Assembly: GCF_030013205.1 (NCBI RefSeq)
Contig: NZ_CP122648.1
DNA length: 64,000 nucleotides
DNA from: Escherichia coli
GTDB lineage: Bacteria > Pseudomonadota > Gammaproteobacteria > Enterobacterales > Enterobacteriaceae
Strand: one strand, 5' to 3'
The position numbers and the translations under genes were made by a program. Of this stretch, positions 23,094 through 43,082 are shown in pieces. Numbering within the stretch: the first letter of the stretch is position 1; each line of letters starts with the position of its first letter. The notes beneath the pieces are model-generated. The model was given only the letters and a program-made list of their open reading frames with translations. It made no database searches and was not told the origin of the DNA.

Positions 23094-23729
23094 TCAGATG
23101 TCAACTTTCTCTTTGTATTCACAAAGATCTTCAATAATACAAGAGCCACAGCGAGGCTTGCGGGCAATACAGGTATAACGCCCGTGCAGGATCAACCAAT
23201 GGTGGCAGTCGATTTTAAACTCTGCCGGAACCACTTTCAGTAGCTTTTCTTCTACCTGTTCGACGTTTTTCCCCGGCGCAAATTGAGTACGATTACAAAC
23301 ACGGAAAATGTGCGTGTCGACAGCAATAGTCGGCCAGCCGAATGCAGTGTTTAATACGACGTTGGCTGTTTTACGACCTACACCAGGCAGGGCTTCAAGC
23401 GCAGCACGATCTTCCGGAACCTCGCCATTATGCTGTTCCAGTAAGATACGGCAGGTTTTGATGATATTTTCTGCTTTGCTGTTATAAAGCCCAATCGTTT
23501 TGATATAGGTTTTCACCCCTTCAACGCCCAGTTCAAGCATCGCTGTAGGCGTATTAGCCACCGGGTAGAGTTTCGCCGTCGCCTTATTAACACTGACATC
23601 GGTCGCCTGAGCGGAAAGCAGTACGGCAATCAGCAATTCAAAAGGCGAACTGAAATTAAGCTCGGTGGTGGGATGAGGATTGTTCTCACGCAGGCGAGTG
23701 AGGATCTCCAGGCGTTTTGCTTTGTTCAT
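23094..23729 (-). CDS. nth: endonuclease III
   Basis: 211-aa ORF with HhH and C-terminal 4Fe-4S cysteine cluster (CxxxxxxCxxCxxxxxC). Confidence 0.95.
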   Translation of the reverse strand: MNKAKRLEILTRLRENNPHPTTELNFSSPFELLIAVLLSAQATDVSVNKATAKLYPVANTPTAMLELGVEGVKTYIKTIGLYNSKAENIIKTCRILLEQHNGEVPEDRAALEALPGVGRKTANVVLNTAFGWPTIAVDTHIFRVCNRTQFAPGKNVEQVEEKLLKVVPAEFKIDCHHWLILHGRYTCIARKPRCGSCIIEDLCEYKEKVDI

Positions 23730-24424
23730 CAGACATTCCCTGTTTCACCGTTTGGCAATGCACGTTCGGCAGCTGCTTCAGTACGGCGCTTTTTCATTCT
23801 TTCATCAATCAGGTATTTTCCTGCCAGCATCAGTCCCAGGCCAATAAATGCACCTGGTGGCAGCATCGCCAGCAGGAAAGGGGAGTCGGTGTGGAAAATT
23901 TCCACGCGTAATACTTTTGCCCAGCTACCTAACAGCGCATCTGCACCGTCAAACAACGTGCCATTGCCGATTATTTCGCGTAGTGAACCCAGCACGAACA
24001 TGGCGCAGGTTGCGCCCATACCAATTGAAAAGCCGTCCAGTGCTGAAAGCGCCGGACCTTTTTTGGCGGCGAAGGCTTCAGCGCGGCCCACAACGATACA
24101 GTTAGTGACAATCAGCGGAATAAAAATCCCTAATGATTGATACAGGCCAAAGGCGTAGGCGTTGATCAGCATCTGTACAGCGCTGACCACCGAGGCGATG
24201 ATCATCACGTAAATGGGAATGCGGATCTCGGCTGGCGTCCAGTGACGCAGCGTCGAAATGGTCAGGTTGGTCAGCGTCAGTACCAGCGTAGTCGCAAGTC
24301 CTAAACCCAGGGCGTTGGTGGCAGTGGACGTGACCGCCAATAGCGGACAGAGGCCGAGCAACTGGACCAGCGCAGAGTTGTTTTTCCACAACCCCTGAAC
24401 AATAACGTCTTTAATTTCGCTCAC
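23729..24424 (-). CDS. rsxE: ion-translocating oxidoreductase complex subunit E
   Basis: 231-aa membrane ORF; rsxABCDGE-nth operon order. Confidence 0.9.
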
Positions 24425-24427
24425 GCT

Positions 24428-25048
24428 TTATTCTCCACAGGCAGGAAGTTGAGAAAGTTGTGCCGGTAACGTCTGAGCGTACAATCCGGCGCGTTTTACC
24501 GCATTGACCACCGCGCGCGGAGTAATCGTCGCGCCGGTGAACTGGTCGAAATTACCACCATCTTTCTTCACCGCCCAGTGCGCATCATCCGCACCACTGA
24601 TTTTTTTACCCGCAAAATGGGTGATCCAGTCAGAAAGGCGCAGTTCGATTTTATCGCCAAGCCCTGGCGTTTCGTGGTGCTCTGTCACGCGCGTGCCTAG
24701 TACCGTGCCGTTAAAATCGGCTCCCACCAGCAGCTGAATCGCACCAGAATAGCCATCTGGCGCGGTTGCTTCCAGAACGGCGGCTACCGGTTTGTCATCC
24801 TGTTTGGCGATGTAAACCCGATGCTCACCTTTACCTAACTCTGGCGCAGTGACCAGATAGCAACTCTGTGCCAGCGCATTGTTATAGCGTTCGGCTGGCA
24901 GCACCTGATCAAATAACGCCTTTTGTTGCAGACTGGCCTGTTCAGCAATTGTCGTTTTGGTCATCTGGTTGATGGCCGCAGTTAACCCTGTAGAACCCGC
25001 TGCAAATAGTGCCAGTGTAATGCCGTGTTTTCGGATAGTTTTCAGCAT
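24428..25048 (-). CDS. rsxG: ion-translocating oxidoreductase complex subunit G
   Basis: 206-aa ORF; operon position. Confidence 0.9.
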   Translation of the reverse strand: MLKTIRKHGITLALFAAGSTGLTAAINQMTKTTIAEQASLQQKALFDQVLPAERYNNALAQSCYLVTAPELGKGEHRVYIAKQDDKPVAAVLEATAPDGYSGAIQLLVGADFNGTVLGTRVTEHHETPGLGDKIELRLSDWITHFAGKKISGADDAHWAVKKDGGNFDQFTGATITPRAVVNAVKRAGLYAQTLPAQLSQLPACGE

Positions 25049-25051
25049 GGT

Positions 25052-26110
25052 TTACCCTTTGCGATGGCCGTAGACGCGCGGACGCGTGTAGTAATCGATC
25101 AGAGGAACCGTGATGTTCGCCAGCAGGACGGCAAAAGCCACGCCGTCAGGATAGCCGCCGAAACTGCGGATCAACCAGACTAATAAACCCGCCAGCGCGC
25201 CGAAAATAAGACGACCACGATTGGTCGTAGAAGCAGTAACCGGGTCAGTCAAAATAAAGAATGCGCCGAGCATAGTCGCACCAGACAGCAGATGAATTTG
25301 CGGTGCTGCCAGTGTTTCTGGTGAGAACAACCAGCCCAACGTTGCGCATAACGCCAGCGTTACTAAGAAGCTGAGGGGAATATGCCAGCGAATCGCTTTC
25401 TGCCATAGCAACCACACGCCGCCAGCCAGCCAGGCGAGATTTACCCATTGCCAACCAACGCCCGCCAGCATACCGCTGTAGATCGGATATTGCATAATCT
25501 GTTCAACCGAATGACCGGCGCGCACAGAGGTTTTAAATGTATCCAGCGGTGTCGCCTGACTAATGCCATCAATACCTAAGCGTAGTGTGTTCATATCACC
25601 ACCACTGGCGGTATGTCCGCTGAAAATAACCTGTATGGCGTCGATAAAACCAGGGATGTTGACCGCAATGTCATGCGGCGGTAACCAGCTGGTCATCTGC
25701 ACCGGGAAGGAGATCAGTAAGACCACATAACCAATCATTGCCGGATTAAACGGGTTTTGCCCCAGACCGCCATACAACTGTTTAGCGATGATCACCGCAA
25801 ACACCGTACCCAGTACGACCATCCACCATGGCGCGAGGGGGGGAATACTTACCGCCAGCAATAAGCCTGTCAGCAATGCTGAGTTATCTTTCAACGTTGC
25901 GGCTACCGACTGCTTGCGTAGTTTGAGTACGAGAGCTTCGGCTAACAGAGCACTGACCGACGCCAACAGGATCTGAACGAGAGTACCCCAACCAAAAAAC
26001 CACAGTTGCGCTGCGATTCCTGGCACAGCTGCGAGCAACACCAACAGCATAATGCGCGATGTCTGGCGCTGGTTATGGGTATAAGGGGAGCTAGCTATTC
26101 TGAATACCAT
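25052..26110 (-). CDS. rsxD: ion-translocating oxidoreductase complex subunit D
   Basis: 352-aa membrane ORF; operon position. Confidence 0.9.
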   Translation of the reverse strand: MVFRIASSPYTHNQRQTSRIMLLVLLAAVPGIAAQLWFFGWGTLVQILLASVSALLAEALVLKLRKQSVAATLKDNSALLTGLLLAVSIPPLAPWWMVVLGTVFAVIIAKQLYGGLGQNPFNPAMIGYVVLLISFPVQMTSWLPPHDIAVNIPGFIDAIQVIFSGHTASGGDMNTLRLGIDGISQATPLDTFKTSVRAGHSVEQIMQYPIYSGMLAGVGWQWVNLAWLAGGVWLLWQKAIRWHIPLSFLVTLALCATLGWLFSPETLAAPQIHLLSGATMLGAFFILTDPVTASTTNRGRLIFGALAGLLVWLIRSFGGYPDGVAFAVLLANITVPLIDYYTRPRVYGHRKG

Positions 26111-28807
<2,697 letters not shown>

Positions 28808-28808
<1 letters not shown>

Positions 28809-29389
28809 TACAACTTCACCAAACCACTAAAGCCCATAAAGGCCAGAGACATAAGACCTGCGGTAATTAACGCAATGGCATTACCGCGAAAAGGTGCCGG
28901 GACATCAGCCACAGCAAGGCGTTCGCGGATGGCGGCGAAGAGCACCATCACCAGCGAGAAACCGACAGCGGCGGAAAAACCGTACAGCGCCGACTGCAAG
29001 AAATTGTGCCCGAGATTGATATTCAGCAACGCCACGCCGAGCACTGCACAGTTGGTGGTGATAAGCGGCAAAAAAATCCCCAGCAGACGGTAAAGCACCG
29101 GGCTGGTTTTGCGCACCACCATCTCGGTGAACTGCACAACCACAGCAATCACCAGAATAAACGCCAGGGTGCGCAGGTAAATCAGATTAAGCGGGATCAA
29201 AATCCACGTATCGATAAGCCAGGCGCAAATAGACGCCAACGTCATCACAAACGTTGTAGCCAGCCCCATGCCCATCGCGGTTTCCAGCTTTTTGGAAACC
29301 CCCATAAACGGACAGAGACCGAGAAACTTGACCAGTACAAAGTTATTGACCAGTACAGTTCCGACAAACAGTAACAGGTAGTCAGTCAT
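28808..29389 (-). CDS. rsxA: ion-translocating oxidoreductase complex subunit A
   Basis: 193-aa membrane ORF; first gene of the operon. Confidence 0.9.
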
Positions 29390-29465
29390 TTTTCGGCCTG
29401 AAATAAAAAAGCCGCCTATTATCCGTTAATCCAGAGCAGGCGACAACAGGTTAACTGTAAGGTTA

Positions 29466-29906
29466 TTACGGATTCACAAACGTCGCTTTCACCCGCGACG
29501 AGCGTTTAAAATAGGGGACGATCAATGCGGTTGCCAACAAAGTAAACAGTAACTGGCGAACGGCTATGCCATCTTCCACGGGTGAAAAAGCGAACGCTTT
29601 TACTGCCAGCAATACGGAAATAAGCAGCCAGATAATATAGTGTTTAGGAACACAACGCCGACGTTTAAAGAAAGCGATGGTCAACCACAGTGTGTAATAC
29701 CACATGGCGATAGCGGTAATAAAAGAAACGCCCCATAAGATTTGTGTCGTCAGTGCTTGTTCGCCGAGCGTTTGAAATGTTTGCGGAGAAGATAACGCAG
29801 CGGTATACAGCAACAACGCCAGCGTCGTACTTAACAGAGCGACTAAAAGCCAGGCCAATGGGCCAAGCAACCAGCCTCCAATACGTTGTGGCGTTGTGGT
29901 GGTCAT
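29466..29906 (-). CDS. ydgK: DUF2569 inner-membrane protein
   Basis: ORF trimmed to MTTTTPQRIGG (146 aa); synteny. Confidence 0.8.
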   Translation of the reverse strand: MTTTTPQRIGGWLLGPLAWLLVALLSTTLALLLYTAALSSPQTFQTLGEQALTTQILWGVSFITAIAMWYYTLWLTIAFFKRRRCVPKHYIIWLLISVLLAVKAFAFSPVEDGIAVRQLLFTLLATALIVPYFKRSSRVKATFVNP

Positions 29907-29991
29907 AGGTTCTCCAGAATAGCGGCGCAAACAGGCAAATCTAATTTTAGGGGCGTTATTATAAGGCTTTTATAACCGATCGCTACTTTCT

Positions 29992-30207
29992 TTATTGGAC
30001 ATAGTGCCAGACGGACTTCGGTACCTGGCCGAGGTCAAACAAACGCCCGCCAGAAACCAGCTCTGCGCGACGGTGATCGGCAGCACGATACATATTGATC
30101 AGTTCCTGATCGTCCGTCAGGGTGTAATTAAGATGGTCGTAGAGTTTTTCCAAACTTTCGAGTGAACTGATTTTGCGAAATTTTAATAAGTAGTCCTGAA
30201 CAGTCAT
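29992..30207 (-). CDS. cnu: OriC-binding nucleoid-associated protein Cnu (YdgT), Hha paralog
   Basis: 71-aa [37 protein letters not shown]... recognised. Confidence 0.9.
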
Positions 30208-30479
30208 AAAAGGTCCATAAAATAATTAATACCAAAGGGGTAGGTATTATTAGTGATGATAAAACTTCACCAAAAGTGAACGCTTGTGTTATTACAATAA
30301 TAAGAATGCGCTGATGGCAAATATTCAGGGATGAAAAACTGCTCTGAAAAGAGTAACGCGCTTTACTATCTCTGACAATCACCAACAACATCGAACAAGA
30401 TAATAAATTCCTGGTTTAATATCCGACAAGTGAAAACATGCACCCGGACGGGCAGCATGTCGCTCTACAAGCGCAGAGC

Positions 30480-30605
30480 TTACTTGTGTTGTACCGTAGT
30501 ACTCTGTTCAGGTGGCTGATAGTTGTCAATGTGACTCGCCACGCCAAGAAGAATGACTGAAACGACAAGAACGATCCAACCTGTTAATTCAATAAGACGA
30601 TTCAT
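30480..30605 (-). CDS. blr: 41-aa membrane protein Blr (beta-lactam resistance/divisome-associated)
   Basis: MNRLIELTGWIVLVVSVILLGVASHIDNYQPPEQ...; ORF-track ORF 30480..30713 trimmed to internal Met. Confidence 0.75.
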   Translation of the reverse strand: MNRLIELTGWIVLVVSVILLGVASHIDNYQPPEQSTTVQHK

Positions 30606-30691
30606 TACAGCCCACATCTCTGTTGATTGATCCATTAACTTCAGGGGGTAAATGTTACTTAGCAATAATAGCTCCAGCAAGATTTTTACTG

Positions 30692-30699
30692 AGGTTTTT
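30692..30699. repeat. target-site duplication flanking IS1 (aggttttt), left copy
   Basis: Identical 8-mer on both sides of the element (possibly 9 bp, depending on whether the terminal G is counted as IS). Confidence 0.6.
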
Positions 30700-30714
30700 G
30701 GTAATGACTCCAAC

Positions 30715-31218
30715 TTACTGATAGTGTTTTATGTTCAGATAATGCCCGATGACCTTGTCATGCAGCTCCACCGATTTTGAGAACGACAGTGACTTCCGTC
30801 CCAGCCTTGCCAGATGTTGTCTCAGATTCAGGTTATGCCGCTCAATGCGCTGAGTATAACGCTTGCTGATAACGTGCAGCTTTCCCTTCAGGCGTGATTC
30901 ATACAGCGGCCAGCCATCCGTCATCCATACCACGACCTCAAAGGCCGACAGCAGGCTCAGAAGACGCTCCAGTGTGGCCAGAGTGCGTTCACCGAAGACG
31001 TGCGCCACAACCGTCCTCCGCATCCTGTCATACGCGTAAAACAGCCAGCGCTGACGTGATTTAGCACCGACGTAGCCCCACTGTTCGTCCATTTCAGCGC
31101 AGACAATCACATCACTGCCCGGTTGTATGCGCGAGGTTACCGACTGCGGCCTGAGTTTTTTAAGTGGCGGAAAATCGTGTTGAGGCCAACGCCAATAATG
31201 CGTGCACTGGCGCGACAT
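30715..31218 (-). CDS. insB: IS1 transposase InsB frame (expressed as InsAB' by -1 programmed frameshift)
   Basis: 167-aa ORF recognised as IS1 InsB. Confidence 0.9.
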   Translation of the reverse strand: MSRQCTHYWRWPQHDFPPLKKLRPQSVTSRIQPGSDVIVCAEMDEQWGYVGAKSRQRWLFYAYDRMRRTVVAHVFGERTLATLERLLSLLSAFEVVVWMTDGWPLYESRLKGKLHVISKRYTQRIERHNLNLRQHLARLGRKSLSFSKSVELHDKVIGHYLNIKHYQ

Positions 31219-31412
31219 CCGACGCCATTCATGGCCATATCAATGATTTTCTGGTGCGTACCGGGCTGAGAGGCGGCGTAAGTGAACTGTAGTTGCCATG
31301 TTTTACGGCAGTGAGAGCAGAGATAGCGCTGATGTCCGGCGGTGCTTTTGCCGTTACGCACCACCCCGTCAGTAGCTGAACAGGAGGGACAGCTGATAGA
31401 AACAGAAGCCAC
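31137..31412 (-). CDS. insA: IS1 InsA (transposition inhibitor / N-terminal part of transposase)
   Basis: 91-aa [26 protein letters not shown]... with GTG start; zinc-finger CxxC...CxxC. Confidence 0.9.
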   Translation of the reverse strand: MASVSISCPSCSATDGVVRNGKSTAGHQRYLCSHCRKTWQLQFTYAASQPGTHQKIIDMAMNGVGCRASARIIGVGLNTIFRHLKNSGRSR

Positions 31413-31467
31413 TGGAGCACCTCAAAAACACCATCATACACTAAATCAGTAAGTTGGCAGCATCACC

Positions 31468-31475
31468 AGGTTTTT
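31468..31475. repeat. target-site duplication flanking IS1 (aggttttt), right copy
   Basis: Identical to 30692..30699. Confidence 0.6.
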
Positions 31476-31623
31476 GCGATATTTAGCTTTTGTCGTTGGA
31501 AAATTCGCTATTTTTTTGACTTAAGTTAAACAACATCCCTTATTGCTGGCAGGTTATTAAACTGTTGAGCGAGGGTAAAGGATAGTGTCAAATAGCCATC
31601 ATACTTCAATGAGAGGCAATGAC

Positions 31624-32664
31624 ATGAGCGACAACATCCGTGTTGGGTTGATTGGGTATGGTTATGCGAGCAAAACCTTCCATGCGCCCCTGATTGCGGG
31701 CACGCCCGGGCTGGAACTGGCGGTTATCTCCAGCAGCGATGAAACAAAAGTAAAAGCCGACTGGCCAACGGTTACGGTTGTCTCTGAGCCGAAGCATCTG
31801 TTTAACGATCCCAACATAGACCTGATTGTCATCCCTACACCCAACGATACCCATTTCCCGTTAGCCAAAGCGGCGCTTGAGGCGGGTAAACATGTGGTCG
31901 TTGATAAACCCTTTACCGTGACACTGTCACAAGCGCGAGAGCTGGAAGCGCTGGCAAAAAGCCTGGGGCGTGTGCTGTCTGTATTCCATAACCGTCGCTG
32001 GGATAGCGATTTCCTGACGCTAAAAGGTTTGCTCGCGGAAGGCGTACTGGGTGAAGTTGCTTACTTTGAGTCTCATTTTGACCGCTTCCGTCCGCAGGTG
32101 CGCGATCGTTGGCGTGAACAGGGCGGCCCTGGCAGCGGTATCTGGTACGATTTAGCACCGCATCTTCTTGATCAGGCCATTACGCTATTTGGTTTACCGG
32201 TTAGCATGACGGTAGATTTGGCACAGTTACGGCCCGGAGCGCAGTCGACTGATTATTTCCACGCCATCTTGTCCTATCCGCAGCGGCGAGTCATTTTACA
32301 CGGCACCATGCTGGCAGCCGCTGAGTCAGCACGTTATATCGTGCATGGATCCCGAGGCAGTTATGTGAAATATGGCCTCGATCCACAGGAAGAACGTCTG
32401 AAAAATGGCGAGCGTCTGCCGCAGGAAGACTGGGGCTACGATATGCGTGATGGCGTACTTACCCGCGTGGAAGGTGAGGAACGTGTCGAAGAAACGCTGT
32501 TGACAGTACCTGGGAATTATCCGGCTTACTATGCGGCTATACGTGATGCGTTAAATGGCGATGGTGAAAATCCGGTTCCGGCAAGCCAGGCAATCCAGGT
32601 CATGGAGTTGATTGAGCTGGGCATCGAATCCGCCAAACATCGCGCGACTTTGTGCCTTGCGTGA
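31624..32664 (+). CDS. ydgJ: Gfo/Idh/MocA-family NAD(P)-dependent oxidoreductase
   Basis: ORF trimmed to MSDNIRVGLIGYGYASKTF (346 aa); Rossmann GxGxxG. Confidence 0.85.
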   Translation: MSDNIRVGLIGYGYASKTFHAPLIAGTPGLELAVISSSDETKVKADWPTVTVVSEPKHLFNDPNIDLIVIPTPNDTHFPLAKAALEAGKHVVVDKPFTVTLSQARELEALAKSLGRVLSVFHNRRWDSDFLTLKGLLAEGVLGEVAYFESHFDRFRPQVRDRWREQGGPGSGIWYDLAPHLLDQAITLFGLPVSMTVDLAQLRPGAQSTDYFHAILSYPQRRVILHGTMLAAAESARYIVHGSRGSYVKYGLDPQEERLKNGERLPQEDWGYDMRDGVLTRVEGEERVEETLLTVPGNYPAYYAAIRDALNGDGENPVPASQAIQVMELIELGIESAKHRATLCLA

Positions 32665-32699
32665 AAAGGGGATGGTGCAATTTGCACCATCCATTTTTG

Positions 32700-33701
32700 T
32701 TACTTCGCTGCAACTTTTTCTCGCAGTGCGCGTTTTTCCTCAGCGTTGAGGAAAGCCATTTCCAGACCATTAATCTGTGCCTGGCGGATTTGCTCGCGGG
32801 ATAACCCAGCAGCCGGCGCGGCAACGGTATATTCGTGAATGATATCCACTCCCTGTACGCCGGGATCGTCAGTGTTAATGCTGGCACGAATGCCATGCTC
32901 AAGGAACGTTTTCAGCGGATGTGCAGCCAGCTCTGCTACGGTGCTGGTCTGAATATTGGAGGTCAGACAGGATTCAATACCAATTTGTTGCTCGGCGAGG
33001 AAATCCATCAGCGCCCGATCTTCAATGGCTTTTACGCCATGTCCAATACGCTCCGCACCCAGTTCACGAATCGCCTGCCAGATGCTTTCCGGCCCGGCAG
33101 CTTCGCCTGCATGGACGGTAATATGCCAGCCCGCATCACGCGCGCGGTTGAAGTGAGAAAGGAACAGACTTCCCGGGAAACCAAGTTCATCACCGGCTAA
33201 ATCAAGTGCGGTAATCTGGTCATGGTGGGCTAAAAAGGCCTCCAGTTCTTGCTGACAGGCGGCTTCGCCGAAGGTCCGGCTCATAATGCCGATAAGCTTC
33301 GCCTGCACACCAAAGGTGCGGCAACCCTCACGTACGCCATCGATCACCGCTTCGACAACACCCGCTACAGGCAGCTGATGTGCCATTGCCATGTAGCCCG
33401 GTGAAAAACGCAGCTCGACATAGTGCAGGTCGTTACGGGCTGCATCTTCAATGTTTTCAAATGCCACGCGGCGACAGGCATCAAGAGAGGCGAGAACTTT
33501 AACGCCCCAGTCAAGTTTGGTCAGAAAGCTCACAAGATCGGGTTCGTTGGCAATGACCTGAACGTGGGGAATAAGTGTTTCCAGGGATTGTGCAGGAAGC
33601 GAGATATTATACTGGCGGCCAAGTTCAAGAATGGTCTGGGGACGAATGTTACCATCAAGGTGGCGATGGATATCAGTTAATGGCAGGGTGGTATCAATCA
33701 T
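32700..33701 (-). CDS. add: adenosine deaminase
   Basis: 333-aa ORF recognised as Add. Confidence 0.95.
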   Translation of the reverse strand: MIDTTLPLTDIHRHLDGNIRPQTILELGRQYNISLPAQSLETLIPHVQVIANEPDLVSFLTKLDWGVKVLASLDACRRVAFENIEDAARNDLHYVELRFSPGYMAMAHQLPVAGVVEAVIDGVREGCRTFGVQAKLIGIMSRTFGEAACQQELEAFLAHHDQITALDLAGDELGFPGSLFLSHFNRARDAGWHITVHAGEAAGPESIWQAIRELGAERIGHGVKAIEDRALMDFLAEQQIGIESCLTSNIQTSTVAELAAHPLKTFLEHGIRASINTDDPGVQGVDIIHEYTVAAPAAGLSREQIRQAQINGLEMAFLNAEEKRALREKVAAK

Positions 33702-33804
33702 GGTCGCACTCTTTTTCTGGATATAAAAGTGCGCACCATTATAAAAACAAAGCAGGGTAAAAATCCACGATTGCGCAACGATTTTTTACGTTGCGCAATT
33801 TGGG

Positions 33805-34977
33805 TTAACGAACAGCGCGGATGGCGTTAATTAATCCAGCCACACCTTTTTCCAGTTTCGAACGCGGGCACCCGGCATTGAGACGAACAAAACCATGACC
33901 TTCTTCACCGTAGGTATACCCCGGCATGATCGCGACCTTCTCTTGCTCGATAAGCACTTTTTGCAACGCGTTGTCGTCAATATTCAACGGACGTAGATCA
34001 ATCCAGGCCAGATAAGTGGATTGCGGGATCTGCCAGTTGAGTTCAGGGAACGCGGCGTTCATTTTATCTGCGATATACGTCAGGTTATCTTTCAGATAGA
34101 CGCGTAAGGCATCCAGCCACGGCGCGCCTTGCTGATAGGCGGCGATATGGGCAGTTAACGCCAGTACCGAAGGGGAAGAAAGGCCATCACGTCCTTTCAG
34201 TGCCGATAAATAGGCATCACGGCTGCTGCTATTTTCTATAATCCCGTAAGCACCGGTCAGGGCGGGAATATTGAAACTTTTCGATCCCGACGTTAGCAAT
34301 GCCCAGTCTCCGCGCGCCACATTACTCCAGGGAATATGCGGCTGCTCGCCCCAAACCATATCCATATGGATTTCATCGGAAATAACCCGCACACCATGAC
34401 GCTCGCACAGGTCAGCCATGATCTCCAGTTCATCGCACGTCCACACTTTCCTGGTAGGATTCTGTGGGCTACACAGGAGCATAATTTTACATTCTGGTTT
34501 CGCCAACACGGCTTCCAGCTTGCCCATATCGCAAAACCAGCCGTCAGCCCGCTTCTCTAAAGCGACGGGCATTACTGTGCGCTGGTTACCTTCAATGGCC
34601 TTGTAAAATGCGTCATAGGCGGGTGTGTGGATCACCACGCCTTCACCTTTTTCAGACCACTGACGAATCAGTTCCGAGACCATGTAGATAACAGAAGGGC
34701 CATACACCACCGACTGCGTATCAATGGCGGTGTAATGCTGGGTGGAAAACCAGTGGGCAATAGCCGCGAGAAACTCATCGTTTTTCCAGCGGCTGTAGCC
34801 AAACACGCCGTGCATCAGGCGCTGATTCAGCGCCTCGATAATGCAGGGGGCAGTGGCAAAATCCATGTCTGAAATCGTGAACGGTAACAGGTCAGCAGTG
34901 CCGAAACGGTCAGCGACATAATCCCACTGCGTACACCATGTGCCATGACGATCCACGACCTTTGAAAAATCGAACAT
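33805..34977 (-). CDS. malY: PLP-dependent cystathionine beta-lyase / MalT-antagonist MalY
   Basis: 390-aa ORF; aminotransferase class I/II fold; adjacent to malX. Confidence 0.9.
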   Translation of the reverse strand: MFDFSKVVDRHGTWCTQWDYVADRFGTADLLPFTISDMDFATAPCIIEALNQRLMHGVFGYSRWKNDEFLAAIAHWFSTQHYTAIDTQSVVYGPSVIYMVSELIRQWSEKGEGVVIHTPAYDAFYKAIEGNQRTVMPVALEKRADGWFCDMGKLEAVLAKPECKIMLLCSPQNPTRKVWTCDELEIMADLCERHGVRVISDEIHMDMVWGEQPHIPWSNVARGDWALLTSGSKSFNIPALTGAYGIIENSSSRDAYLSALKGRDGLSSPSVLALTAHIAAYQQGAPWLDALRVYLKDNLTYIADKMNAAFPELNWQIPQSTYLAWIDLRPLNIDDNALQKVLIEQEKVAIMPGYTYGEEGHGFVRLNAGCPRSKLEKGVAGLINAIRAVR

Positions 34978-34986
34978 ATCTTATCC

Positions 34987-37782
<2,796 letters not shown>

Positions 37783-37893
37783 CCCTCTCTTTATCTGCTA
37801 TACCTGGTAGTGTCCTTTCCTCAAGGTTAATGATAAAAAATGTGGCACACAGGCGGTGCCTTTTATTTTTACTGAAGTTCACAGGAGGTTTAT

Positions 37894-38661
37894 GTGTTTA
37901 ATTCTGACAACCTGAGACTCGACGGAAAATGTGCCATCATCACAGGTGCCGGTGCAGGTATTGGTAAAGAAATTGCCATTACATTCGCGACAGCTGGCGC
38001 ATCTGTGGTGGTCAGTGATATTAACGCCGATGCAGCTAATCATGTTGTAGATGAAATTCAACAACTGGGTGGTCAGGCATTTGCCTGGCGCTGCGATATT
38101 ACTTCCGAACAGGAACTCTCTGCACTGGCAGACTTTGCCGTCAGTAAGCTGGGTAAAGTTGATATCCTGGTTAACAACGCCGGTGGCGGTGGGCCTAAAC
38201 CGTTTGATATGCCAATGGCAGATTTTCGCCGCGCTTATGAACTGAATGTATTTTCTTTTTTCCATCTGTCACAACTTGTTGCGCCAGAAATGGAAAAAAA
38301 TGGCGGTGGCGTTATTCTGACCATTACTTCTATGGCGGCAGAAAATAAAAATATAAACATGACCTCCTATGCATCATCTAAAGCTGCGGCCAGTCATCTG
38401 GTCAGAAACATGGCGTTTGACCTGGGTGAAAAAAATATTCGGGTGAATGGCATTGCGCCGGGGGCAATATTAACCGATGCCCTGAAATCCGTTATTACAC
38501 CTGAAATTGAACAAAAAATGTTACAGCACACACCGATTAGACGTCTGGGCCAACCGCAAGATATTGCTAACGCGGCGCTGTTCCTTTGCTCGCCTGCAGC
38601 CAGCTGGGTAAGCGGACAAATTCTCACCGTCTCCGGTGGTGGGGTACAGGAGCTCAATTAA
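37894..38661 (+). CDS. hdhA: 7-alpha-hydroxysteroid dehydrogenase (SDR family)
   Basis: 255-aa ORF with TGAGAGIG Rossmann motif and YxxxK. Confidence 0.9.
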   Translation: MFNSDNLRLDGKCAIITGAGAGIGKEIAITFATAGASVVVSDINADAANHVVDEIQQLGGQAFAWRCDITSEQELSALADFAVSKLGKVDILVNNAGGGGPKPFDMPMADFRRAYELNVFSFFHLSQLVAPEMEKNGGGVILTITSMAAENKNINMTSYASSKAAASHLVRNMAFDLGEKNIRVNGIAPGAILTDALKSVITPEIEQKMLQHTPIRRLGQPQDIANAALFLCSPAASWVSGQILTVSGGGVQELN

Positions 38662-38881
38662 TACACTAACGGACCGGTAAACAACCGTGCGTGTTGTTTA
38701 CCGGGATAAACTCATCAACGTCTCAGCTAAATAACTGGCAGCCAAATCACGGCTATTGGTTAACCAATTTTCGAGTGAAAAGTATACGAATAGAGTGTGC
38801 CTTCGCACTATTCAACAGCAATGATAGGCGCTCACCTGACAACGCGGTAAACTAGTTATTCACGCTAACTATAATGGTTTA

Positions 38882-39472
38882 ATGATGGATAACATGCAGA
38901 CTGAAGCACAACCGACACGGACCCGGATCCTCAATGCTGCCAGAGAGATTTTTTCAGAAAATGGATTTCACAGTGCCTCGATGAAAGCCATCTGTAAATC
39001 TTGCGCCATTAGTCCCGGGACGCTCTATCACCATTTCATCTCCAAAGAAGCCCTGATTCAGGCGATTATCTTACAGGACCAGGAGAGGGCGCTGGCCCGT
39101 TTCCGGGAACCGATTGAAGGGATTCATTTCGTTGACTATATGGTCAAGTCTATTGTCTCTCTCACCCATGAAGCCTTTGGACAACGGGCGCTGGTGGTCG
39201 AAATTATGGCGGAAGGGATGCGTAACCCACAGGTCGCCGCCATGCTTAAAAATAAGCATATGACGATCACGGAATTTGTTGCCCAGCGGATGCGTGATGC
39301 CCAGCAAAAAGGCGAGATAAGCCCAGACATCAACACGGCAATGACTTCACGTTTACTGCTGGATCTGACCTACGGTGTACTGGCCGATATCGAAGCGGAA
39401 GATCTGGCGCGTGAAGCGTCGTTTGCTCAGGGATTACGCGCGATGATTGGCGGTATCTTAACCGCATCCTGA
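38882..39472 (+). CDS. uidR: TetR-family repressor of the gus operon
   Basis: 196-aa ORF with TetR HTH, immediately upstream of uidA. Confidence 0.9.
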   Translation: MMDNMQTEAQPTRTRILNAAREIFSENGFHSASMKAICKSCAISPGTLYHHFISKEALIQAIILQDQERALARFREPIEGIHFVDYMVKSIVSLTHEAFGQRALVVEIMAEGMRNPQVAAMLKNKHMTITEFVAQRMRDAQQKGEISPDINTAMTSRLLLDLTYGVLADIEAEDLAREASFAQGLRAMIGGILTAS

Positions 39473-39811
39473 TCCTCTCTCTCTTTCCGCGGGCTGGTGA
39501 CAACTGAGCCCGCGTTTCATATCGTAATTTCTCTGTGCAAAAATTATCCTTCCCGGGTTCGGAGAATTCCCCCCAAAATATTCACTGTAGCCATATGTCA
39601 TGAGAGTTTATCGTTCCCAATATGCTCGAACGAACGTTCGATTGCTTATTTTGTGTCTTATGTCAACGCTGTTTTAAAGATTAATGCGATCTATATCACG
39701 CTGTGGGTATTGCAGTTTTTGGTTTTTTGATCCCGGTGTCAGTTCTTTTTATTTCCATTTCTCTTCCATGGGTTTCTCACAGATAACTGTGTGCAACACA
39801 GAATTGGTTAA

Positions 39812-43044
<3,233 letters not shown>

Positions 43045-43082
43045 TATTCAATAAAAATAATCAGAACATCAAAGGTGCAACT

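Larger units (their letters stand above)
30700..31467 (-). mobile_element. IS1: complete IS1 (768 bp) with terminal inverted repeats
   Basis: Ends ggtaatgactccaacttactgat (30700..) and atcagtaagttggcagcatcacc (..31467); insA and insB inside; A6C slippery motif (plus-strand gttttttaa at ~31155..31163). Confidence 0.95.
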
